Source: Planctomycetota bacterium
Lineage (GTDB): Bacteria > Planctomycetota > PLA2 > JAEUHO01
Assembly: GCA_965223505.1 (NCBI GenBank)
Contig: CBDCWP010000040.1
Location: 1 to 64,000 of the forward strand
Reading direction: 5' to 3'
DNA length: 64,000 bases
Shown here: piece by piece, positions 39,010-47,983 of the stretch
Layout: each line of letters begins with the position of its first letter
Numbering within the stretch: the stretch's first letter is position 1
Translations under genes and position numbers: made by a program
The notes under the pieces: model-generated
Databases searched by the model: none
What the model saw: only the letters and a program-made list of their open reading frames with translations
Told to the model about the DNA's origin: nothing

Positions 39010-40148
39010 CGCGGTCGCACCGGCTCCTCTCGTTCCAACAATCGGATGAGATCGTCGGCGGTTTGACCCGCTGCGTCGGCTTCCAGGTTCTCGTAGCTTC
39101 GACGCATGTCGGCGAGCGCGGCGTCGTCTTCGAGCAAGGAGGTGACGTCCTTCACGATGCGCTCCGGCGAGAGGTCCTGCTCCTCGATCAGGTGCGCGCC
39201 GCCCGCCCGAACGAGCGCTTCGGCGTTGCGCCACTGCTGCCGGTCGGCGTGATGGGGATAGGGCACCAGCACCGCGGGCGTTCGCGTGGCGGCCAGCTCG
39301 GCGCAGGTGTTGGCACCGGCCCGCGCCAGCACCAGATCCGCGGTCTTGTACGCGCTGCCCATGTCCTGCACATAGGGCGTTACGTGGTGCACGAGCCGCA
39401 GGCGTTCGTACGTGGCGTCGATGTCGGCGCGTTGGCCGCCGACGGAGTGCAGGATCTGGATGCGCTCACGGATGCCGGGGTCGTCGACGAGCGCCGCGCG
39501 GATCCCGATGAGCCAGCGGTCGTACAAGCCCTGGGCGCCGAGGCTGCCGCCGAGGATGAGCAGCGTACGGCGGGACGGATCGAGGCCGAAGGCCGCAGGA
39601 TCGCGCCGGCCGCCGAGCACCTGGGTACGCAGCAGCGGGCCGGTCACCCGCACGCTCTCGCTGTGGAGGTGGCTGCGGGCTTCGTCGCAGGGCGCGTAGA
39701 TGCGGTCGGCCCAGCCTTGCATGTGGCGCACGACGACGCCGGGCACGGCGTCGGCGACGATGAACACGAGCGGCACCTTGGCGATGCGTGCGGCGACGGC
39801 CGCGGGCAGGCAGGGCCAGCCGCCGAGCGCGACCACCGCGCCGACGCGCTCGCGCCGGATCACTGCGAGCGCGCGCATTACGCCGCGGACGGTCAGCGGA
39901 CCGAACTCGAAGACGGCGCGCGGCGTCTTCGGCAGTCGGGAGGCGGGGACCTCCCGGGGCGCGTCGCGCTCCTTGAACCACTCCCGCTCTTTGGTCTCGC
40001 CGGGTGTGGCGAACACGGATTCAATGCCGCGGGCGCGCAGGGCCTCCGCGAGGGCGAATCCGGGCGCGAGGTGCCCGGCGGTGCCCCCGCCTGCGAACAA
40101 GACGCGGCTGCGAGCGGCGACGGCAGGGGTGTCGGGGGCGCGGACCAT
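39006..40148 (-). CDS. murG: Undecaprenyl-PP-MurNAc-pentapeptide GlcNAc transferase
   Basis: AGGGTAGH, ILGGSLGA, ADLVLARAGANT.AEL, LVPYP...QQWRNA. Confidence 0.95.
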   Translation of the reverse strand: MVRAPDTPAVAARSRVLFAGGGTAGHLAPGFALAEALRARGIESVFATPGETKEREWFKERDAPREVPASRLPKTPRAVFEFGPLTVRGVMRALAVIRRERVGAVVALGGWPCLPAAVAARIAKVPLVFIVADAVPGVVVRHMQGWADRIYAPCDEARSHLHSESVRVTGPLLRTQVLGGRRDPAAFGLDPSRRTLLILGGSLGAQGLYDRWLIGIRAALVDDPGIRERIQILHSVGGQRADIDATYERLRLVHHVTPYVQDMGSAYKTADLVLARAGANTCAELAATRTPAVLVPYPHHADRQQWRNAEALVRAGGAHLIEEQDLSPERIVKDVTSLLEDDAALADMRRSYENLEADAAGQTADDLIRLLEREEPVRPR

Positions 40149-40208
40149 GAGGGCTTGCAGCGTAGCGGGGCGGGTGGACGGCGCCCGCCCCGCCGCTCGA
40201 GCCGGTGT

Positions 40209-41906
40209 CTACCGCCCGGGGAAGCGCGGGATCGGTCCGCGGCGCACCGGCCGCGGCGTCGGGTTGAGCGGCGCCTGGCGGACGCGGATGTTCGCCGTGA
40301 TGCCGAGATCATGCGCGCGCAGACTGCGGTCGGCGTAGGCCACCAACCGGTAGCGGCCGGCGGCGACCGAGCTCGGAATGCTCGTCATGATGCGCGTCGG
40401 CGTCCAGGTGTCGATCGGCAGCGGGATCTTGCGGCCGGCCGAGTCCAGGAGCTGGAACGACTGGTCCTGACGGATGCCGAATTTGCCGTCCAGATGGAAG
40501 CGCTGGCCGATCGACACGTCGATGCTGCGTGTCGTGAACTTCGGCCGCAGTGTGCGGCGGAAGCCCCAGTCGACGTAGGCGTGCGGCTGGCGTGCGTGAA
40601 TCGGTCCGACGCGGACGCGCATACCCGTATCGCTGCCGTCCCACCATCGCAACGTAATCACTCGGTCCTCGAAGAAGTAACCGCGGCCCGTTCCATAGGC
40701 CCACTTGTTGCGCCCATCCACACCGCGGTAGACGAGCGTCCGGTCTTCCTGGCCCGCGGGACGTCCGGGTGCAGGGATCTTCAAGAGGACGTGGTCGTCA
40801 TTCGTACGCACGTGCCAGATCAGCACGCCTCGGTCGCGGCCGCCGGCCCAGTTGATGCGATCCATGGCGCCGAGTGCCTTGGTGCGGTACTCGATGAGGA
40901 AGTACTCGTTCGGGCCCTTTGTGGGGCTGTGGAGCAGGATCGGCCGGGTGTCGCGACCGCCGAGCTGTGGTGCGACGAGCTTGGCCTGGCCCTCCTGGCG
41001 GAACGTGAACACGCGCGGCTCGATCCAGCCGAGGCGCATGCGGTGCCACGGATCCAGGTAGGTCGCAAACGGACTGTCCACCGCCCCCATGGTGCCGGAC
41101 ATCAGCGTCGCCCAGCCGTTCAGGCGAAAGCCCGCTCCGTAGACATCGATCGTTCCGAGCGTGTGCGCAAGCTCGTGCGCAAGCGTCGCGAAACCGACGC
41201 CTTCACCGGCGCTCATGATCTTGCCACCGTAGCGCAGGCGGGTGCCCGGCAGATCGAAGTTGCGATCACGCGCCGCGCCGCAGTTCTCACATGTGTATTG
41301 CAGACGCGGATTGGCCGGACGGCCACCGACCATTCGAGGTTCTGCGCCGATGTAGAGAATCGTCAGCTCGTCCGACGTGACGGTTCCGTCGCGGTTGCGG
41401 TCGTAAGGAGCGAAGTTGAAGAGCCGCCGGCGGGACACCTCTTGGATCATGCCGTCGAGGTGCATCTCCCACGTCCAGCTCGCGTCCTGCTGGGGACACA
41501 TCCGACGCCCATTCACCCTCGGGTTGATCGCGCAAAGGTGGAAACGTTCGTCTGCCGCGTTGCTGCCCATCGGAACGCTGCGGACGGGCCCGACGATGCC
41601 GGCCTTCACGAAGGTGAACTTGCCGCCGCTCGCGTTGGTGAAGTACGCGTTGAGACTCGGGTTGGACGACGATCGGCGATTGCCGAAGAGCAGCTGGTCG
41701 TAGTAGGCGGCGTTGTGTGGCGCGTGGAAGCGCACGTCCTGGAAGTCGCCGAGGACGACGAGCAAGGGCCGGCGGCCGACGGCGGCCTTGCCGTTCCACT
41801 TCATGGTGCCGTAGCCGAACTTGTCGGCCGGGGAGGCCGCGTCGCTCGGCCCGGCCTGGAACAGGAGGGCAAAGAGCACGACGGCGAGGAGTGCGAGGGG
41901 TTTCAT
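40209..41906 (-). CDS. Secreted M6-family (immune inhibitor A-like) metalloprotease
   Basis: Signal peptide MKPLALLAVVLFALLFQAG, SLNAYFTNASGGKF, TLAHELAHTLGTIDVY, TLMSG (Met-turn), LDPWHRMRLGWI, EYFLIEYR, GVLIWHV. Confidence 0.85.
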   Translation of the reverse strand: MKPLALLAVVLFALLFQAGPSDAASPADKFGYGTMKWNGKAAVGRRPLLVVLGDFQDVRFHAPHNAAYYDQLLFGNRRSSSNPSLNAYFTNASGGKFTFVKAGIVGPVRSVPMGSNAADERFHLCAINPRVNGRRMCPQQDASWTWEMHLDGMIQEVSRRRLFNFAPYDRNRDGTVTSDELTILYIGAEPRMVGGRPANPRLQYTCENCGAARDRNFDLPGTRLRYGGKIMSAGEGVGFATLAHELAHTLGTIDVYGAGFRLNGWATLMSGTMGAVDSPFATYLDPWHRMRLGWIEPRVFTFRQEGQAKLVAPQLGGRDTRPILLHSPTKGPNEYFLIEYRTKALGAMDRINWAGGRDRGVLIWHVRTNDDHVLLKIPAPGRPAGQEDRTLVYRGVDGRNKWAYGTGRGYFFEDRVITLRWWDGSDTGMRVRVGPIHARQPHAYVDWGFRRTLRPKFTTRSIDVSIGQRFHLDGKFGIRQDQSFQLLDSAGRKIPLPIDTWTPTRIMTSIPSSVAAGRYRLVAYADRSLRAHDLGITANIRVRQAPLNPTPRPVRRGPIPRFPGR

Positions 41907-42116
41907 GGGGAGGTCTCCGGGTCGGGGGCCCGGCGCCCCTAGAGGATGGGGGCTCCCGAACGGGGGCGGCTGTAGACAGGGAGGCCTGGTTACTCGCCCA
42001 CGATGAGCTTCGCCGTCTCCCCTGCCCGCACCCCGTGGAGTACGTCGACCGTCGGCGAGGACGACTTCGAACTGGTACGTCCCCGGTGCAACGCCCCAGA
42101 CTCGGAACGTTTGGTC

Positions 42117-42284
42117 CGGGGCGCATTCACTCGGGCGCTTTGCAAGGCGATTCGAGAGTCGAACGGCAGGTTGACCTACACCGAAGCGATTCGGCGAGCG
42201 AGTCGAAGTCTGCGATCGTTCTCTCGGAGGCCCCAACTCGAGTGTCCGCCCGCATTGGAGTCTCAGCAGCTGTTCACGCCGCTG
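42117..42284 (+). pseudogene. Possible remnant of a caspase-family (metacaspase) C-terminal region
   Basis: RGAFTRALCKAIRESNGRLTYTEAIRRASRSLRSFSRRPQLECPPALESQQLF resembles the 'GaFT.aL...l......tY.el..........Q.PQl' tail. No His/Cys catalytic region upstream. Confidence 0.45.
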
Positions 42285-42302
42285 ACCTGGGCACGGACAC
42301 TT

Positions 42303-43481
42303 CTACTCCCAGGGATCGGTGGTCGTCGCGGCCGCCGTCTTGCGCGCGACGTTCACGATCAGCCCGACGCAGACCGACGCCATCAGCAGGTTGCTGCCGC
42401 CGACGCTGATGAACGGCAACGACACCCCCTTCGTCGGCACCGTCGCCGTCACCACCGCGATGTTCACCAACGCCTGGAACGTCACGATGAAGGTCGCGCC
42501 CGCCGCCAGGTAGAACGCGTGCGCGTTCAGCGACCGCGCATGCCACGCCACCCGACGGCCGTACCAGACCAGCAGCATGTACGCGATCACCACGCCGGCA
42601 CAGCCCAGGAACCCCAACTCCTCGCCGATGACGGCGAAGATGAAGTCCGTCTGCGACTCGGCCACGTAGTGGAGCTTCTGCGTGCCCTCGCCCAGCCCCG
42701 TGCCGAACCACTGGCCCGACCCGATCGCGACGAGCGACTCGCCGGTCTGGCTGCCGGCCTTCGGACCTTCCGCGAACGCGTCGATGCGCTTGCTCACGTG
42801 GCCGAAGCGGCGATACGCGTACACCACGATCAACGGCGTCACCATCAACGCGAACGGAACGAAGCGCGTCGGACGAACGCCCGCGAGGCCGAGCAGCACC
42901 ACCGCCTCGGCCACGATGAACAACGACGTCCCGAGATCCGGCGCCACGAGCACCAGCACCGCGCCGACGCCGACGGGTGCGAGGATCGCCAACAACGGCG
43001 TGCGCGTGCCGAATGCGTTCGCGCGCTCGCGGCTCGAGAGCTGGTCCGCCAGGAACAGCAGCGCGCCGATCTTCAGGAACTCGCTGGGTTGGATCGAGAA
43101 CGGCCCCACGAACAGCCAGCGCCGGCTCTGGTTGCGCAGCGGACCGAGGATGAGGGTCAGCAGCAGCAGCGCGATCGAGCCGTAGAGCACCGGCTTCGCC
43201 GCGCGGCGCAACCACGAGAGCGGCACGCATGAGACCGCCCAGCCCACGATCGCCGCGAGCACGACCCAGCGCACCTGGCGCACGAGGTTGCGGCTTGGAT
43301 CCACGATCGTCTTGCCGATGTCGGCGTCCACGTTGAACCCCGCCTGCTTCGCGGCGGTCGACGAGTAGACCATCACCAAACCGAGCGCGACCAGGCCGAC
43401 GGCGACGCCGAACACCATGCGGCCGGCGTGCAGGATCTGATGTCCCGTTCCGCGCGACAGGGGGAGGGGCTCGCCCGTCAT
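42303..43481 (-). CDS. ftsW: SEDS peptidoglycan glycosyltransferase FtsW
   Basis: GLVMVYSS, RRWL..GPFSIQPSEFLK, PDLGT, AIGSG..FGTGLG, TDFIFAVIGEELG, PTKGVSLPFISVGGS. Confidence 0.93.
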   Translation of the reverse strand: MTGEPLPLSRGTGHQILHAGRMVFGVAVGLVALGLVMVYSSTAAKQAGFNVDADIGKTIVDPSRNLVRQVRWVVLAAIVGWAVSCVPLSWLRRAAKPVLYGSIALLLLTLILGPLRNQSRRWLFVGPFSIQPSEFLKIGALLFLADQLSSRERANAFGTRTPLLAILAPVGVGAVLVLVAPDLGTSLFIVAEAVVLLGLAGVRPTRFVPFALMVTPLIVVYAYRRFGHVSKRIDAFAEGPKAGSQTGESLVAIGSGQWFGTGLGEGTQKLHYVAESQTDFIFAVIGEELGFLGCAGVVIAYMLLVWYGRRVAWHARSLNAHAFYLAAGATFIVTFQALVNIAVVTATVPTKGVSLPFISVGGSNLLMASVCVGLIVNVARKTAAATTTDPWE

Positions 43482-43485
43482 CCGA

Positions 43486-44931
43486 TCACCTCATCTTCAG
43501 CGACGCGAGCGCGACCAGGACGCAGATCACGCTGACGATCCAGAACCGCACGGTCACCTTGTTCTCGTGCAGCCCGAGCTGTTCGTAGTGATGGTGGAAC
43601 GGGGCGCACTTGAACCAGCGCTTGCCCGTCGGGTTGGCCTCGCCCCGCTTCGCCGCCGCGCGGCGGGTCGCCTTGAAGTACGTGCGCTGCCAGATCACCG
43701 ACAGCGCCTCGGCGACGAACAACCCGCCCGCGATCAGCAGCGTGAACTCGTGGCGCAGGGCCACCGCCATCACGCCCAGGATGCCCCCGATCGAGAGCGA
43801 TCCGGTGTCCCCCATGAAGACCTGCGCCGGATAGCTGTTGAACCACAGGAATCCCAGCGACCCGCCGACCAGCGCCGACGCGATGATGGCCAGCTCGCCT
43901 GCATCCTCCACGTAGAACAGGTACAGCGTCCGCGAGAAGTCCACGCGCCCGACCAGATACGCAACGGCCGCGAACGCGACCGCCACCGTCGCCGTCGTGC
44001 CGATCGCCAAGCCGTCCAGCCCGTCCGTCAGGTTGACGGCGTTGCTCGCGCCGACGATCACCAGGATCCCCAGTGGGATGAAGAGCAACCCGAGGTCGAA
44101 GCAGAACTTCTTGAAGAAGGGAATCTGCAGGTCGGCGCGGTGATGGTCGTTCGGATCCGGCCACGCGGCAGGGAGGCGCACCTCACGCCCCAGGTGCGGC
44201 GTGAACATCCGATACCGCGACTCTTCGGGCGCGGCGTGATCGGCGGCGTGCGCCGGCTCGCGCAGCGCCTCGGGCGTGGCGTCGGCGGGGGCGATGCCGT
44301 TGAGCAGCGCGATCTCGCGTGCGCGCTCCTCGTTGCCGAGGTACTTGCCGGCAATCGATCGCCACGACTCGCCGGGCTTGACCGGGTGGCGCTTGACCCA
44401 CTTGAGCTTGTAGGGGTTCTCCTTGAGGCTCGGGCCGCGCAGCCAGGGCGTGTCGTCCTTCGCGTTGCCGAGCGCGTAGAGCACCGTGATGGCCGTCATC
44501 GCGATCCCCAGCTGCGTGAAGAGCTTCTGCTTCTCACTGATGCCCTGTGCGCCCGGGTGCGCGAGCTTGCGCCAGTCGTCCCACGCACCGAGCGCGCCGA
44601 ACGCGAGGAAGGAGAGCAGGACGATCCAGGTGAGCGGGGTGTCCAACCGCGCGAAGAGGAACCCGGACAGGGCGACGCCGATGAGCAGGATGACGCCGCC
44701 CATCGTCGGTACGTCGGACTTCGCACTGCGCTTGGCGTCCACGTCGTCGCTGCCGGTCTTGCTGTAGCCGGCGATCTTGCGCTTGCGCAGGCTCTCGACG
44801 ATGCCGGGGCCCACCACCGTCGCGACGAGGAACGCGAGAATCGCGGCGAACGTCGCGCGGAAGGTGATGTACTGGATGAGCCGGAAGCCGGATACGAAGT
44901 CCTCGAGCGGGGCGAAGAGGTGGTAGAGCAT
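43486..44931 (-). CDS. mraY: Phospho-N-acetylmuramoyl-pentapeptide transferase with internal LysM-like insertion
   Basis: Start MLYHL at 44931. YITFR, PTMGG, WDDWRK, SNAVNLTDGLDGLA, GFLWFNSYPAQVFMGDTGSL, APFHHHYE. 481 aa because of the insertion at 44131-44469. Confidence 0.93.
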   Translation of the reverse strand: MLYHLFAPLEDFVSGFRLIQYITFRATFAAILAFLVATVVGPGIVESLRKRKIAGYSKTGSDDVDAKRSAKSDVPTMGGVILLIGVALSGFLFARLDTPLTWIVLLSFLAFGALGAWDDWRKLAHPGAQGISEKQKLFTQLGIAMTAITVLYALGNAKDDTPWLRGPSLKENPYKLKWVKRHPVKPGESWRSIAGKYLGNEERAREIALLNGIAPADATPEALREPAHAADHAAPEESRYRMFTPHLGREVRLPAAWPDPNDHHRADLQIPFFKKFCFDLGLLFIPLGILVIVGASNAVNLTDGLDGLAIGTTATVAVAFAAVAYLVGRVDFSRTLYLFYVEDAGELAIIASALVGGSLGFLWFNSYPAQVFMGDTGSLSIGGILGVMAVALRHEFTLLIAGGLFVAEALSVIWQRTYFKATRRAAAKRGEANPTGKRWFKCAPFHHHYEQLGLHENKVTVRFWIVSVICVLVALASLKMR

Positions 44932-45028
44932 CGACTCCGGAACTCTGGTTCGGATCTGTGAGGTACCGCGGCGGCGCACGGGGCGCCCCCACGATGCGGA
45001 ACTGTAAGACGTGCGGCCCCCACGCCGG

Positions 45029-46444
45029 CTACGTCCGAGGGCCCCCGAGGTAGGCGCCGCCCGCTGGGTCGGCCGCCCGCGCCATTTCACGGACGTGCTC
45101 GAGCAGCTGCTCGAGCGCCATGCCGCGCGAGGCCTTGAACATCCAGGCGTCGCCGGGCCGTGGGTCGAAGCCCGGGTCCCGGATCGCGTCCTCGAGGGTC
45201 TCGTGCCAGTGCACGCGATCCGCCGACATGCCGCGCCCCACGGCCTCCTCGACGACGATCCGCGCGCTCGGCCCGACGGCCCAGAGCACGTCGATGCCCT
45301 CGTGGGCGACCTTGCGGCCGAGCGAACGGTGGCAGCGCTCCGACTCCTCGCCGAGCTCGAGCATCTCGCCCAGCACGGCCACGCGCCGGCCCCCGCAGTC
45401 GCGCAGACGCAGCTCGCGAATCGCCTCGTCCATGCTGCGCGGGTTGGCGTTGTAGGCGTCGTTGATGAGCACGACGTCGCCGACCTGCTCGCGGCTCATG
45501 CGCATGGGCGGCGCGGCGTAGCGCGCGAGCGCCGCGCGGACCGCCATCGGATCCTGATCGAGCCACAGGGCGACGGCGACGGCGGCGAGCGCGTTGGCGA
45601 CGTTGTGCAGCCCGTACGCGGGGATCTCGAACGGCATGCGTCCGTACAGGTAGAAGCCGACGCCCTCGGGCGTGGCCTGCGCGTCGATGCCGTAGACGTC
45701 CGCGTCCTCCCACGTCCCGAACGTCACGACGTGCGACTCGACCTGCTCCATGATCTCGCGGCAGTAGTAGTTGTCGGCGTTGATGATCGCCGCACCGTCT
45801 TCGGGCAGTCCCTTCAGCAGGGCCGCCTTCTCCTTCATCACGCCGCGCACGGTGCCGAGGCCTTCGAGGTGCGCCTCCTCGACGTTTGTCAGCACGCCGA
45901 CCGTCGGCCGCGCGATGCCGGTGAGATACTCGATCTCGCCCGGCGCGTTCGTGCCGATCTCCACGACGCACGCGCGCGTCGTGCCGTCCATCTGCAGCAG
46001 CGTGAGCGGGACGCCGATGGCGTTGTTGTACGACGCCGGGCTCGCGACGACGTCCTCGCCGAGGATCAGCCGCACCATCTCCTTCACCGTGGTCTTGCCG
46101 CAGGATCCGGTGATGCCGATCACCGGCACGTCGAAGCGCGTCCGGTGCCAGCGCGCCAGGTCGCCGAGCGCCTTCGTCGTGTCATCGACGACGATCGTAT
46201 TGGCCGACCGGCGTCCGAACTCCGCGTCCTTCGCGACCAGACTGAATCCCGCGCCGTTGAGGAACGCCTCGTTGATGAACCGGTGCGCGTCGAAGCGCTT
46301 GCCGACGATCGGCACGAAGAGCGCCCCCGCAGGCACGTCGCGGCTGTCCGTCGTGACGGCGGTGATGACGGGATCACCGTCCACCGGGCCTGCGGGCTCT
46401 CCGCCCGTCGCGCGCAGGACTTCGCTGTATCGAATCGGTTCCAT
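45029..46444 (-). CDS. murF: UDP-N-acetylmuramoyl-tripeptide--D-alanyl-D-alanine ligase
   Basis: TDSR, GITGSCGKTTVKEM, SYNNAIGVPLTLL, EIGTN..GEI, AHLEG, INDAYNANP.SM, VLGEMLELG, KASRGM.LE. Confidence 0.95.
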   Translation of the reverse strand: MEPIRYSEVLRATGGEPAGPVDGDPVITAVTTDSRDVPAGALFVPIVGKRFDAHRFINEAFLNGAGFSLVAKDAEFGRRSANTIVVDDTTKALGDLARWHRTRFDVPVIGITGSCGKTTVKEMVRLILGEDVVASPASYNNAIGVPLTLLQMDGTTRACVVEIGTNAPGEIEYLTGIARPTVGVLTNVEEAHLEGLGTVRGVMKEKAALLKGLPEDGAAIINADNYYCREIMEQVESHVVTFGTWEDADVYGIDAQATPEGVGFYLYGRMPFEIPAYGLHNVANALAAVAVALWLDQDPMAVRAALARYAAPPMRMSREQVGDVVLINDAYNANPRSMDEAIRELRLRDCGGRRVAVLGEMLELGEESERCHRSLGRKVAHEGIDVLWAVGPSARIVVEEAVGRGMSADRVHWHETLEDAIRDPGFDPRPGDAWMFKASRGMALEQLLEHVREMARAADPAGGAYLGGPRT

Positions 46445-46456
46445 GCTTCTACCTCA

Positions 46457-47983
46457 CTATGCCTGAGGGGCACCCCAGGAAGGGTCGCGCGCCGCGCGCT
46501 CGTCGAGCGCCGCCCGCACCTCTTTCACGTCGTCGAAAGGGACCTTCTCCGTCCCCAAAACCTGATACGTCTCGTGGCCCTTGCCGGCCACCAGCACGGT
46601 CGCGCCGGCCGGCGCTTCGAGCACCGCCCGGCGAATCGCCTCGCGCCGGTCCACGACGCGAAGCACACGTTCCTTCAGCCCGGACGGTGCGTCGTCGGCG
46701 CACAGCTCGGACGTCATCTGATCGAGAATCTGCTCCGGGTCCTCGGAGCGCGGGTTGTCGCTCGTGAAGTACGCGAGCGTGCACGCTTCGGCGGCGACGC
46801 GGCCCATGCGCGGACGCTTGAACGCGTCTCGGTCGCCGCCGCATCCGACCACGCAGATCAACGGATCGGCGCCGACGTCGGTCAGGAACGAGAGCACCTG
46901 GCGCAGCGCGTCCTCCGTGTGCGCGTAGTCGACGAACACGTACAGGTCGTCGCTCGCCACGCGCTCGAGCCTTCCGGGCACCCCCTCCAAGCTGCACGCG
47001 CCTTCGACGGCGTGAATCGGATCGATGCCGAGCGCCATGCAGCCGCCGACGGCGGCGAGCAGGTTCATCACGTTGTGCCTGCCGGTGAGCGGCGTCCGCA
47101 CGTCGACCTGACCGTCACCGGCGACGACGAGCCGGAACGACGTGCCGTCGAGGCCGAGCTGCACGTCGTCGGCTTGCAGGTCGGACTCGGTGCTCGTTCC
47201 GTAGGTGAGCACGGACCCGCGGCAGCGTGCAGCGAGGCGCGTCCAAGCGCCGTCTTCGCGGTTGAGCACCGCGACGCCCGAGGGAGGCAGCTCGGAGAAC
47301 AGCTTCGACTTCGCTTCGAAGTAGGCCTCCGGGGAGCCGTGGTAGTCGAGATGGTCGCTCGCCAGGTTCGTGAAGATCGCGACGCGGAACTCGAGTCCCT
47401 CCGTCCGCGCTTGATCGAGCGCGTGGCTCGACACCTCCATGACGGCCGCAGTGCAGCCGGCGTCGCGCGCGCGCGCGAGCAACCAGCGCAGCTCGAGCGC
47501 TCCGGGTGTCGTGTTGCCCGCGGGCACGGGGTCGCCGTCGCCGAGGTCGTGCGCGATCGTCCCTAGCAGCGCGGTCGCATGGCCGCAGGCGCGCAGCGCG
47601 GCCGCGGTCATGTGGGCCGACGTCGTCTTGCCCTTGGTGCCGGTGATCGCGATCAGGTCGAGCGCGTCCTGCGGTCGGCCGTACCAGGCGTCGGCTGCTG
47701 ACCGCAGCGCCCCGTCGACGTCGTCGACGAGCAACGTCGGGAGGCCGGGCAGCTCGCTGTCGCAGACGACGACCACGGCGCCGCGCTCGACGGCGTCGAT
47801 GGCGTACTGCGCGCCGTCCTCCAGGGTGCCGCGGCGCGCGAAGAACGCCTCCCCGGTCTGCACGTCGCGGGAGTCGTCGGCCAGTCCGCGCACCTGCGCG
47901 CCGGCTTGGACGTTCGCCAACACGCCCTGCACGATCTCGCGCAGCGCGCCGACGTTCCGGGGACGGTCCGCGACCACGTTCAC
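46457..47983 (-). CDS. murE: UDP-N-acetylmuramoyl-L-Ala-D-Glu--2,6-diaminopimelate ligase
   Basis: DDSR, ITGTKGKTT, MEVSSHALDQ, FTNL..DHLDYH, VPGRLE, DYAHT, GCGGDRD..KRP.MG, TSDNPR (meso-DAP type), AGKGHE. GTG start overlaps the ftsI stop. Confidence 0.95.
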   Translation of the reverse strand: MNVVADRPRNVGALREIVQGVLANVQAGAQVRGLADDSRDVQTGEAFFARRGTLEDGAQYAIDAVERGAVVVVCDSELPGLPTLLVDDVDGALRSAADAWYGRPQDALDLIAITGTKGKTTSAHMTAAALRACGHATALLGTIAHDLGDGDPVPAGNTTPGALELRWLLARARDAGCTAAVMEVSSHALDQARTEGLEFRVAIFTNLASDHLDYHGSPEAYFEAKSKLFSELPPSGVAVLNREDGAWTRLAARCRGSVLTYGTSTESDLQADDVQLGLDGTSFRLVVAGDGQVDVRTPLTGRHNVMNLLAAVGGCMALGIDPIHAVEGACSLEGVPGRLERVASDDLYVFVDYAHTEDALRQVLSFLTDVGADPLICVVGCGGDRDAFKRPRMGRVAAEACTLAYFTSDNPRSEDPEQILDQMTSELCADDAPSGLKERVLRVVDRREAIRRAVLEAPAGATVLVAGKGHETYQVLGTEKVPFDDVKEVRAALDERAARDPSWGAPQA

